Of a stretch of DNA of 64,000 nucleotides, positions 46,101 to 57,934 are shown piece after piece. The position numbers were made by a program, and so were the translations under genes. How positions within the stretch are numbered: position 1 is the stretch's first letter; each line of letters opens with the position of its first letter. The notes under the pieces are model-generated. The model worked only from the letters and a program-made list of their open reading frames with translations. It did no database searches and was not told the origin of the DNA. The stretch is from Antedon mediterranea (Eukaryota; Animalia; Echinodermata), in NCBI RefSeq assembly GCF_964355755.1, contig NC_092679.1:16971432-17035431 (forward strand), written 5' to 3'.

Positions 46101-48377
46101 TTTTGGAATCAAGTCTTTTTTTTTGTTTGTATTTTATTAAACACATTTCTACACTAGGCTTATTTTTGCCTCAAGATGGTTAAATTAGTTTTAATAAATA
46201 ATAAATAAATATAATTAATAAATTAATGTTTATTATGATACACACTACATTATATCAACATCAATGCAAGCACAAAAAAAAAAAAGATTTTTTTCCCAAT
46301 TTTGTTTTTGAATATGCCATGATGATCTAGCCTTCGGCTATTATAAGATCTTTGATTGATAAAGAACTTTCTCTTTATAAATACCTTGATACTTTCCCAC
46401 ACTAAGCACTTCACACCTACCTCTCCCTCTTTTATGTGTATGTCTCTATGCTGGTTCTTTTCCACCACTTTCAGACGCATATCACCTTTTCTCATATAGA
46501 AAAACTGTAATAAAAACACCAAATGTTAAGCCATTAAATAAACTAATGTAATATATTTATGCTCTACAAAATTTGAATTTAACCAGATAGCTATCACATC
46601 AGTACAAGCTAGGTGGTCTAGAGGTATGGATGACAGTTATTGACAATGATTTGGAGGTCGTGGGTTCTAGTCACAACCATATTATATTTACTTACTTGTA
46701 AATTTGTTCATAAGTACAATTTTTGCCAGAGTACAGCAAAAGCATCTGACCATTTAAATTACTAAAATCATTCATAACAATTATAAATTGTACCTCCTCG
46801 CCTTCTTCAATGTGGTAATCTTTACGTTGGTTAGGCCCACCAACAAAGAACAATTTCAGTTGTCCCTTCTGATGCCTGAGAAAAGTTGTGAACAAAAAAG
46901 GTAAACATGGACATTTTACTTAAATTGCAGCCTAGTGTCAATTCTAAGTAATAGTTAACATATAAATTTATTATGAGCAGACTAGCTAGTTGGCAAAGTA
47001 TCAATTATGGCAAATCATAATATATTACTCGTAATCGGTGAAAATTGTTTACAGATGGTGCATGCATGCAACAAAGAAATATATTTATTAACTAGGTCTA
47101 TCTAGGCCTACTAACTACAGTACCAGGCCTACAAACTACAATATACGCAAAGCCAAATGCACTGGCCAAGCAAAAGTGTGGGCCTGTCACACCAAAATCA
47201 GTTCGGGCCAAAATCGGTCCGGCGGACCAGTTTTGGCTGCCAAAATAATAATAATAATAATAAATGAAAACTTATATAGCGCCGGTATCCTCCACCCATG
47301 TGGCGCTCATGGCGCTTAATCAGTCCGGGGGACCATTTATGGCTGCCAAAACCTGTCCGGCCGGACCAATTTTGGCCGCCAAAACTGGTCCGGCCTGGAT
47401 AAAATCGGTCCGGGCAGTAGGACTGTTTTTGGCCGCCAAATATGGTCCGGTCTTACAAATATATGGTGCGCAAAATGAGTCATAATGTATATATCATAAA
47501 AAAAAGGCCATGATTAGTCATTATTGAAAACTACGGGGATTTATTTGTTATTTTAATATTATAAATTAAGCCTGTTTTTTTTATTATCATTATTAGTAGT
47601 AACTCATCAATAATTAATACTAATTGTTAAGCTTTTTGTATACAATATGTATCTCTGCCTGTTTTTAATCCATTTTTTCTTTTTTAACATCTTCGTTTCC
47701 CCATGATGGATGTTAAAAACAATTTAATTTATTAATTATTTATGGTTAATCAATCAATATATCAATTCAATACAATTATTATAAAACAATTATCCAATAT
47801 TGATTAGGCTGAGGAAGGAAAAAGGCCTCAATCATAAATAAAATCTAGCTGGCAATATCAGCGTCTCATACCCGTTTATGTGAGTGTGTGACAGGCCGAA
47901 ATATGAGTGAACACCTAAGTCATGTTTTTAGATAAAATACATTTATTTATACTATAGTATTTATCCGACAAGATAACTTACTAATATATATCATGGGATA
48001 TTTTTCTAGCCATAAACAACTTAAAACAGCATCATAGGCCTAGTAATTCAATTAAAATCGACAGAAGAAAAGCCCGGACCGATTTTGGCAGTGGCGGACT
48101 GCTTTTGGCCACAATTTTAGAGCCAAAACTGGTCCGGCCGGACCGATTTTGGCCCCGGACCATATTTATCGTGACAGGCCAAGATCAGTTAAATTAGAAT
48201 AGGCGGCTGCATGTTGCAACATTGCAGCAGTATATGATAGCCTAGTCCAGTCACCATACATGCCTAGTTAGTAATGTTTATTTATTATACTCACATCATT
48301 TTGTTACACACAGGAGGCAAAAAGAATTGTTTATTTTCCTCAATCCATGATGAGATATTAATTACTGTTGCCGCCAT
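43196..48377 (-). CDS. HAAO: 3-hydroxyanthranilate 3,4-dioxygenase, 9 exons, ~293 aa
   Basis: Exons 48377-48295, 46875-46794, 46504-46421, 45893-45787, 45450-45317, 45205-45057, 44762-44694, 44280-44189, 43277-43196. Motifs [49 protein letters not shown] and [33 protein letters not shown]. Confidence 0.95.
43700..43925 (-). mobile_element. 3' fragment of a CR1/L2-type LINE ORF2
   Basis: Translation [44 protein letters not shown] matches the typical CR1/L2 ORF2 C-terminus (WNSLP motif). Confidence 0.8.
47185..48176. mobile_element. Non-autonomous TIR element with subterminal repeats (Ginger-like TGT...ACA ends)
   Basis: GGCC|TGTCAC..ggccaaaatcggtccggc.gaccagttttggct ... agccaaaactggtccggccggaccgattttggcc..GTGACA|GGCC, with multiple internal ccaaaa.tggtccgg repeats. 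A retroposon tail with a (taa)n microsatellite is inserted at ~47243-47320. Confidence 0.7.
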
Positions 48378-50091
48378 ATTTAACACTGACGTACGTAGCA
48401 CTGATCTTGGAAAACACAGCGCTTTGAAACCTTTGTCTCTTGCGCTTTATAAATGTTATTTATTATTATTATTATTATTATAATACTAAATAGGCCAGTA
48501 GGCCTACGAACAACTTTTATTACCGCTGATCTGCATTTCTATGAAAATGAAAGTCTATTGACACGTGAATAATTCAAGCGTGTCAAGACTTCACGCTTGA
48601 TTAAACATCCCGCATGTATACAAAAACTGTAGAGAGGAATTCCCTCCATTAAAAAAACGAAAAAAAAAAACACCGGAGCGTATTTTAGTTACTGGAGTCT
48701 ACCATTTATCGTATGCCTACCTTTGTCAAATAATAGGCTAAAATATATAGACACTTTAATAAACACACATTTTCAGTAGTACAGTATTGTTTTATATTGT
48801 GGCGAATGAATTCATAAACTTGAGTGGCCAGATGGGGTTTTCCGATGATCCAAGTTTAGTGTCTCATGTTATTTTTCACGCTGCTGTTCTAGCCCGCTAC
48901 GTCACACGAGATGATTCATTTATTAGATGAAATCAAGCAGCAGTTATAGTACTACACTTTGACATTTTTGCTAAAATGGAAACTCGACTATAATTTATAG
49001 GTACCAGCTGCATTTCTGGTATTTATGAGTCCCATGATAATACTGTATTTCACTGTCAGATAATCTATGAATTATTATCAAAACAGTCCATGAAAGTTTT
49101 TGTTTGTAATATGATACTTCACACTTGAAGTATCTAAGGCGTGATGAAGTGACCCCCAGACTTGACCTTAGCAATAAAATAAACTAAATTGAGTCTGTTT
49201 CATAACAAAGTTATTCGATTCTGTAACAAAATTCACATTAAGAGAAAAGAAACGTTTAATTATAACTCAAAAACCACATTGTCTGACAGACAATTGAAGT
49301 ATTTTTTGCTTTTAATTACATTTTTTCAGGTAAAATAACTATTTTGTGACAATAAAATGACACATTCAAAAACAAACTTCAAATAAAAAATATTTTTCAG
49401 AGGGACAATATATCTTTAAAACTGTTACGTCAATAAGCGAGCAGCGTTTTTTGTAAGAAATATTTCTTGTTTATTTTAAAGCTACAAATACTCCGCGGTG
49501 TATTTTACATTAATCGTTTAATCCTTTAACTTGAGTTGGTCCCCCATCCATCAAAGGCTTCCAAATTGAAACCCTATAAAAATCTACGGCCTGGAGTAGA
49601 CCTACGGTTCGTAGTGTATCATTTTAGTTTATATCGTGCGATCCTCCTGAATGGAAACATCCTGACTAGCTACGAGCAAGTATTGTTTATTAATTATTAC
49701 TTTATATTTTTCATTCCTATAGAATTGCCTCTCGTTTGTAAAACAGGAAAAGTGTCCCTTTAATAGGACGATTTTTACCATTTTACCATTCGAATACAAA
49801 AAGTACTCAACGAATCTTGTTTTATTTTATTTTGTCTATAGTTCCCATTAATTTATTATTTTTGATTTGATATCTGCTTTTTACATTTATTTTTGTTGGT
49901 GTTTTCCTTTGAGCACGGTCTTACTGAAAAACAACTTTTAGTTGAGTTAAGTATCCGTGAGTAAATAAAGCTTATTATTATTATTATTATTATTACGTCC
50001 CCTCTGAATAGAGGTGTCTCAAGTGGGTTCTACATAGCCTATGTCCTCTCTTTTTCACCCCCTAATATGTTTTTTTAGTTCATAATTATCT

Positions 50092-52551
50092 TCAGATGTC
50101 CTTTTTCATCCATATTGCACAAGTGGTTTCATTCTGAGGCATATCACTCGTTAATTCTTTCTTTGCTTTTTTACATTCTGTTGGACCAGCACAATTCGAA
50201 GTGTCTGAACAAGATCCCCCGTCCATCTTTTTACATTCTGTTGAACCAGCACAATTCGAAGTGTCTGAACACGATCCATCGTCCATCTTCATTTTACAAG
50301 TGCTTAGCATCTGGAAAACCGAAATAATCATCGTTAAAAGACTCTCAATGAGAATCTATTTCACGTAAATATTGTAGGCCTACACAAAAAATATGGCCCG
50401 CCGCGGAGCATGCATTAGATTAATATATATAAAATATGCATACAAGATATTTCACATCGCGCCCTATTCGGTCCGCCGGTGCCCTGAGAAAAATATTTGA
50501 TTAATCATATTTTAAAGCATGATTTTATAAAAGGAAAGGCAGCAGAATAATTCACAGCGAAATACAGTAGTACGTGCAAAAAAATGACAATTTCTGATTC
50601 AGAAAATTCACAATTGTCGTCGTATTCGATCAACTTTTACCGTTGAGTACAGTTTTTCCGTTGAGTACTTATTTAACGAAGCATTCTGAGCGTTGAGATT
50701 GCTTGCGTTGTCAACATTTTCTATTCGAATGACTTTCTGTTAAGCGCAATCTATTAAAATTTTACCATTTGAATACAAAAAGTACTCAACAAATCTTGCT
50801 TAATGTTATTTTGTCTATAGTTCCCAATCGAATACGACAAATGATCCCGGGTTCGTTGTATCGCTTCTATATACCAATATACGAACATACACGTGTCATA
50901 TATTCCAAGCCCCCCTTTTTTTTTTGTATAGGAGAGTTACACCAGACCAGAGATGTTGTTAATGGGACAGTTAGGCTTACATCTAGACCGGAACTGGGAT
51001 TAGTGTGTGAACGTAACTTAACTGTAATGGTTTTACATTATTCAACTATTCGATGATTTGTTGCATTTTAGCACGTTTCTGTCCGTTTAGGCTAAGTTTC
51101 ATTATTCTAACTTAAAGATGTATTGTCCCCCTGAAAAAATCTAAATTTTTGGTTGAATTTAACCATTTATTTTCTCATTTTATAAGTGAAAACGATGTTT
51201 TTTTTCTACTGAAGTGATTAACGCTATTAAAACTACAAAATAACCTATTCAAAGTCTGATTTAATTAATCTTCATGTTTTTGGGGACAATACATCTTTAA
51301 CGGTAACACTATATTACCTGTGCTCCTTTAGTCGGTACAGAGCTACACCCAGTATATCCAATGTGCTTATAGAACTCTTCGGCATTATTCGTTGCCACTA
51401 CATACACTGTCTTGTAACCCAATTTCTTGCAACATTGCTCAGTTAGATCCATCAATAGTTTTCCAATTCCACAGCCTCTATAGTCTTCTCTCACTAACAC
51501 TGTATTATGTTTCACATGAAAATTAGGAAAATACAAATTTATTTAAAAAAATGCACAGTCCAAAAAAGCAGACAAAAAAAACTTTAATAAATGTGATTGA
51601 TTTGACGGATGACAATGTGAAGGAGCATGGCGATGACGTCAGACGTACGGAGAGGCTAGGAAACAAATGGTTGAAGAAAGAAGTGGTAATAACGTCGTCA
51701 AGAACAGCATTGGAGTGAGTGTAAAGCGTGGTTCCCATTAGCGACGCAACACAGGGACGTAACGCACCGCAAGTGAATTGACCAATCACAAGCGATGGCT
51801 TATTCGCTTGTGATTGCTAACTGTCTATAACTTCGCTTGTCATTGGTTAAAACGCTTGCGTTGCGTTTACGTCCTTGCGTTACGTTCTAGTGGGAACCAA
51901 GCTTTAGAAACAAACTTTACTATGGCTTAGCGGCGGACCATCAACACACAGTTATCAGTCACCTGCCAACATTTTATACTCACCCGATTCAACCAGAACA
52001 CTATTCGATGAATCGTTAACCTCCACTAACCGACTGTGACCAATGGTATAACACGATTGCCTACATGAACTTAACTCATTTAGAATCAGAAAAACTGGTA
52101 AGGCTTCTGACTTATCATCGTGTGGACACAGCCTAAAAAAATTAATTATCAGGGACTTATTATTTAATGTCATCATAATAATATCTCGATATTCCTCCAC
52201 CCTCAACAAGCCACACCCTCTTATGGTAACTTGTTAAAACTTAAACCTTAAAGTCTGCACAAATGTTAATGTAGGCCTGTGTAGTTTTTTAGTGTGATGG
52301 CCCATAGAGATATTATAGTGACTATAATATCTCTATGGATGGCCTCAAACCTTAACTCATCCGGTATTGCATAATAGTAAAGCATCTGTACTTTACCTTG
52401 TGATATCGCAGTCAGGCCATTCGCTCTGCAATAGCGATACACAATCTTTATGGAATAATGGAAAGTATTCCTCTAATGAAGACCTTTGCAATGCTTCAAG
52501 ATTGAACCAGTGGTACGGATTTTCTTCATACGTACACTTTTCGATGGGCAT
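50092..52551 (-). CDS. Divergent NAA80/NAT6-like GNAT acetyltransferase (paralog A), 4 exons, ~234 aa
   Basis: Exons 52551-52397, 52132-51984, 51499-51318, 50310-50092 splice in frame. Motifs CVSLLQSEWP, IGHSRL, VLVESVLVREDYRGCGIGKLLM, FYKHIGY and C-terminal IWMKKDI. Intron positions and phases match paralog B. Confidence 0.88.
51116..51296. mobile_element. Kolobok-like TTAA element, internally deleted derivative of the 32911 element
   Basis: TTAA|AGATGTATTGTCCCC...GGGGACAATACATCT|TTAA. Confidence 0.82.
51725..51903 (+). mobile_element. MITE family A, 179 bp
   Basis: TAA|AGCGTGGTTCCCA...GGGAACCAAGCT|TTA; near-identical to the FGFR-intron copies. Confidence 0.9.
52303..52337. mobile_element. 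35-bp perfect palindrome with 7-bp direct flanks (P-element-like micro-element)
   Basis: GATGGCC|CATAGAGATATTATAGT-G-ACTATAATATCTCTATG|GATGGCC. Confidence 0.6.
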
Positions 52552-52605
52552 TTTTGGTTTTGAATCTGTGTGTTTTCAATGGGCGAGTTCTTCGCAGACA
52601 GATCA

Positions 52606-52651
52606 GGGAAATGACGTCATAGTAAACGTTTCTTGTATGACGTCATTTTCC
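52606..52651. promoter_or_regulatory. Twin CRE palindromes between divergent genes
   Basis: TGACGTCA at 52612-52619 and 52638-52645, 60-95 bp upstream of the paralog A ATG. Function is inferred. Confidence 0.5.
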
Positions 52652-53219
52652 AAAATGTTTAGGCGTGTATATAAAGACTAATAGGCCTACGTGTGGTGCC
52701 CTAGTCAAACGGGTAGGGAAGCTCCATTAATTATTGTGTCTCTTCCTCAACCTTCACTGATAAATATCCTCATCAAATATATATATAAAGGCTCAGAATT
52801 TATGAAAGCATAACCGAATATAAAAACACACTAACCTAGAGGGAGCTATTAAAACCAATATTTACAAGATACCAATAATATAGTAAACAATTTCTAGACA
52901 TGGCAAAGGCGGAAAATGTGTTGTGGGAAACACATTATAAATTAGGGCGTGAAGTAGGCCATATAGTGCCCATATTTAAACTAATTATCAGAAGTTGTTG
53001 CCACGACTTAGATGCCAAAAAATCGAAATATCGGGAACCTCCAGCGATTATAGATTTGGGAGGTGTGACATAATAAACACCGATCATAGTTGCCTAGCCA
53101 CGATGACGCGTAATTAATAAGATATAATTGATTCATTATCGATGCGTTATACAATTAAATTATGCGTAATTATTGGAAAACAGAATCTAAAAAGCAAACA
53201 CCAACATACACAACACAAT

Positions 53220-55242
53220 ATGAGTTTGACAAGAAATGTTATTGGATATATTGCGTTAATTTTTAACATTTACTTAGATTGTAAGTTTTTAATTTTAGTA
53301 AGTTTGTAAGTTTTTTACTGTATGTTTTTGTGTATTTTCAATTAGGCCTACGTTCAATAAAGGTCAAGACAAAGTAGAAACGTATTTGAAAACGACGACG
53401 ATCAGCAACAGTGGTACGTCATACTTACAACAACCTGATTGGGACTTTGAAAGCTTCAATATCAAATGTGAAATTCTTTTAAGACTTCTAATAACGCTAT
53501 CAAAGGTTAAAACCTTTGATAGCGTTATTAGAAGTTACTTTTATTCGGCTCAATTGTCTGGTTCTCGAATCTAACTCAAAGGGGAAAAAACCAAAGCTAG
53601 CTAAAATTGTAAAGTTGGCCTCTTATTTCACTTCATGGAAGGGACATCCTAAAAACTGTCAATACAATTCGTCAAGATCCCGATCACCCTCTAAATAAAT
53701 TCTTTAAGCTTGGCTAAACTGAAAGACTGATTACTCTGAATCAAAACACTAAACGGTGCCGACAATCAGTTTGTTTATAATTCTATTGTTGTATTTATAT
53801 CAAATGTAATTAAATCAACCAACCAAATTTCATTAATGTTGTACCTTGTTGTAGAAGATGACAATAAGATTATAACTATGTAAACAACTGAGTAGTACCA
53901 ACAGTAGAAAGTACGAATAGGAAAGGAACGTTCACACGTACGGTCGCCGGATTCGATGAGGTACAGGTGTGTCAAGACTATAGTACAGGCTACGATATAC
54001 ATTCACACACTTGCGTTTTGTACAGGTAATACTGAATCCGATAGTTAGTGAACGGTTCTATTTTTAAACACTACAGCAGGCTGACTATTATTACGATTAT
54101 TTATCCGGCCACCGGACCGGAATCCGGGCTATGTTTAAAACCATTTTTAAACGATAAGGAAGAAGGCGTGACTAAAACTAAATTAATATTTCAGATACGA
54201 CTGCTTCTTGTGATGAGTCGTTTCCAAGTATATATGATGGCGATTACGATGACTGTTGGAATGATTGGGACAAAGAAGTTGACAGAGGGTATGTTTTTCT
54301 TGTATGACTACCAACAATTTTTTTTTTATCAACTACCTTTTTAACGTGGGTACTGTTTCTTGTTTTTGAATTTATAGTTTTATAAATTTTATCTGACATA
54401 GGTTTGGACTCTTCGTCAGCTTACTAATTGGTGCCTTCGCCTTTACAACCGTTGTAGTTATTTTAATTGTGGTTTGTTGTGTATGCTACAAGCAGAATCA
54501 TCAAGCACCACATAGCAGTGAGTATAAAAGTAACCGTTAAGCATATTACTGCAGTTCTTTTCATGTACTGCAGCAGCGTGCAAAATCACATCACTTAATC
54601 TAGGCCTACATGTAATATAAACTTCTAAATAATATCACTACGAAAAAAAAAACACGCACTGTGGTTCGAACCGATGTCTACCGAAATGGAAAGTTAAAAC
54701 TTTAAACAATCAGAAGACACGATACTGCATTATGTTTATTGTCACTAGACAAGATACCGGCCGATCATGTGACAAAATAACACATTTTGAGACGATTTTA
54801 ATATACGGTGACATTTCAATAATACATAATATTTGGTTCTTCAGGTACACAAACTCACATTGGACTATCTGTCATCCATCCAGCACCACATGGCCACACC
54901 GTTTCCACACATGGTCATCAAGTTTCTACACATGGTCACACAGTTTCATCACATCTGCCATACCAACACAACCACGCGGCGATGACATTACATTTTTCCC
55001 CACCAGCATACAACTCGCTTTCACTTGGACCGATGTCACCGGGCTACCAGTGCTATGGTCAGCCTGTACAGCCTTCTTCTTCTCAATTTCAGCCTTCCTA
55101 TGGGCTACTTGTACCTCCATCGAATGGACAACCTGCAACTCCGTCTTACGGTTCTCCATCGCCAGTTTTCTCTTGTTCACCGTCTCCTCAACCGGGTTCA
55201 AATACATCTAATGGTCCTGGTCCACCGGCAGTGTCGACTTAG
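53220..55242 (+). CDS. Shisa/WBP1/CYYR1-like single-pass membrane protein with PPxY tail, 4 exons, ~222 aa
   Basis: Exons 53220-53280 (signal peptide MSLTRNVIGYIALIFNIYLD), 54195-54288 (acidic ectodomain), 54402-54517 (TM then CCVCY) and 54845-55242 (His repeat, PPAY, P/Q/S/Y-rich) splice in frame. Confidence 0.75.
53350..53790 (+). mobile_element. Degenerate 3' fragment of an L2/Rex1-type LINE in intron 1 of the Shisa-like gene
   Basis: Frameshifted peptides IVWFSNL, KLAKIVKLAS and IRQDPDHPLNKFFKL resemble the C-terminus of L2/Rex1 ORF2 (DPxHP motif). Confidence 0.6.
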
Positions 55243-55954
55243 GGCCAATTTACACAGACGAGCGGTAACGGTAAGCGGAAAACCACGTTGCTTGTCCCAC
55301 GTAGAATTGTATCTATCCAGTACATTAGGAGAACACTCACAGAACCAACAAGATAACAGTCCTCTTAATCCTTCCGGAGGGACGATGTTTACAGCCAATA
55401 GCAAACACAATTTTTGTATTCGTTGTTACGTTTTCTGAATTCAGAGTCACTCTCTGTACCTTTGTTTAAGCAATTTAAGATGTTTATAGGCCTAAGAGTT
55501 ATATAAATTTTATGTATTAAAATATGTTTCATGTCTTTCTAATTTGTTTCCTTTTCTGGAGGCAAACCACTTTTATTTCATTTTAACTTTAGTAATTGGT
55601 ATTTTAAGAAATGTAAATAGATCTGTAAAATGTACATGATAAAATTTAGTATACAAAGAATAAAAGTATTTCTTATTGTTGGTTAGAATCTGTAGATTAC
55701 CACATCATCAACTTATATCGATAACACACACCAGCACCAAGTCTATATTTATTGTCTTTTTTATATAAGTTCATCAGTCGACGTTTCGATTTTGTCAGAA
55801 AGTTTAAAAGCTCAAGTAGTACACGTATGAAACGCCATGTGTGCCAAAATACTTATCTAATTACTAATATTAAGTCAAAACTCCGTCTGGAACCCAGACT
55901 AACTAGCACCCTGAAAACACAAGATTTTTAATGACCCATTAAACCCAATACTCA

Positions 55955-56075
55955 TTGCTCAATTGTCAGGGCACAAATAAATGGAATAATTTACCAAGTG
56001 ATATCAGATACTACTGTGTAGTTATAAGAACTTCTCTGACCAGTCGAAAACTCAAACAAAAGTTTCGTAATATTT
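55955..56075 (+). mobile_element. Short LINE ORF2 3' remnant
   Basis: QGTNKWNNLPSDIR motif. Confidence 0.5.
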
Positions 56076-56380
56076 TTTACTGTACACTGGGCTATAAAGG
56101 TTTATTTTGTTGTTGTCATGGTTTTCACAAACGCATTGAGCACTTTCTGGATATGTGCGCTATATAAATTTTATTATCTTATCTTAAAGGTAGGCAAAAC
56201 GATGGTTATATTTTCTAGTATAAAGTACTTTGCAAAATCCACACTACATTTTTCTTTGAGTGTCTGTATAAAAACTATTATAAAATCTTATCAAAATGTA
56301 CTAATAATAAAATCTGTTGATATAAATTGTTGTTTGCTTAGTTAATTATTGCATTTCTTTGGCAAGTTTTATAGAAAATT

Positions 56381-57934
56381 TCAAACATCCTTTTTCATCC
56401 AAACCTGAAAAGTTATCGGTGATTGGTTTATCGTTGGTGGTGGTGGCGGTGGAGGCACTGGTGGTGTTGGTGCCGAAGGTGGTGGTGTTGGTGCCGAAGG
56501 TGTTGATATTGGTGCCGAATGTGATGGTATTGGTGCCGAAGGTGATAGTGTTGGTACAGATGTTAGTAGTGGTTTTTGAACTTCAGTATTTTCACAAGAA
56601 TTTGAAATCAGTGAGTCTTGATAAGATACACCATTATCATCTGTGCCTAAGTTGCTTTGCATCTGATAAGAAAATATAAACAACTATGAAAACAAGATAA
56701 ATCATATATGATTCCACCAAACTTTTGAGTTAAAATCACGATTGTGAGGCATTTTATAAATAGGAATACTGCTTTAAATTGTCTTCCCTATTCACCTCAT
56801 CAGAACAGAAAACCACGCCTAGAATACTTATATAACAATAGGACAGGTTGTATATCCTATCCTATATGGTTATTTTCAACAAGCTTGTGTAACACAAATA
56901 AAATCCCAAACTATCAGATCAATAACTATTGGAATGTATGATCAATAGAAATGTTTTGCCCGCACTTAGCTAGCCTTTAAAATGAATTACCTGTGCTCCA
57001 ATAGTATTAACAGGGTTGCAGACACTGTAACCAAGATGACTATAGAACCTCTCCTTGTCTTTTGTTGATAGATATATTGTAGTAAATCCTAACTTCTTAC
57101 AACAAGTTTCAGTCAATTCCATTAGGATCCTTCCAATGCCTTCACCCCGTCTACACTTTGGCACGACAACTATAAAAGAATAATTTGAATCCATAATAAT
57201 TATCTATGACAATCTATAAGTAATAAATATCTAAAAAATTTACATTTAGTTCTTGATCATGAACTATTACACCTATATTATTTTGTAATTGTTAATTGTG
57301 TATTTTTCACTATGGTATCTGAATGAATAGGCCTATGCTTACCTACCAGATTCAATAAGTACACTATCTGGCTGACCCATGACCTTTATTATTCTGCTAT
57401 GTCCAACTGTGCTCGAGGACTGGGTACAGACATCTACTTCGACCAATGCGAAACATACTGGTAGGGAGTCGTTGGACTTTTTTAATGAATGTAATCTGAA
57501 AAAAAGTTAATTTGTTTAGTAATATGGCAAAACAGCAACCGTAAATTAGATGTCCTTGAAACACTAAAAATACAGGGCATAAAATATTATGAAAAAGCGG
57601 ATTAAAACTATAATTAGGCCTATATTAAATTGCGGTTTTAATGTCACCCATCTCCAAGAAGTCCACTAAAATAGGGCTAATTAAAAGGACTGGCCATAAC
57701 ATATGCAATTATAATATAGTTTATACAAATTTTCCGACAAAAGTTTAGGCCTAGGCCATAGGAACGCGTTTCTAAACAAAGTTCTCACCTTGCGGAGTGA
57801 CTGCGCGGCCACTCACTATTCAGTAGTTCTACACACGATTCAACTAGGCTTAGGCCTAGGCCTGTATCATGGAGAGCAACAAGATCATACCGCCGATTAT
57901 TTGGTATTTTTAGATAACTGCATTTTTTAATCAT
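56381..57934 (-). CDS. NAA80: N-alpha-acetyltransferase 80 (actin N-terminal acetyltransferase, NAT6), paralog B, 4 exons, ~251 aa
   Basis: Exons 57934-57789, 57495-57347, 57169-56991, 56662-56381. Motifs LLNSEWPRSHSARLHSLKKSNDSLP, VGHSRI, LIESVVV..RRGEGIGRILM, IYLSTKDKERFYSHLGY, a polyproline loop (PPVPPPPPPP) and C-terminal VWMKKDV. Confidence 0.92.

Noticed and set aside
54732-55438. Multiple overlapping ORFs on both strands
   Set aside because: They are alternative frames of the GC-richer last exon of the Shisa-like gene; only the frame ending at 55242 splices to the TM exon.
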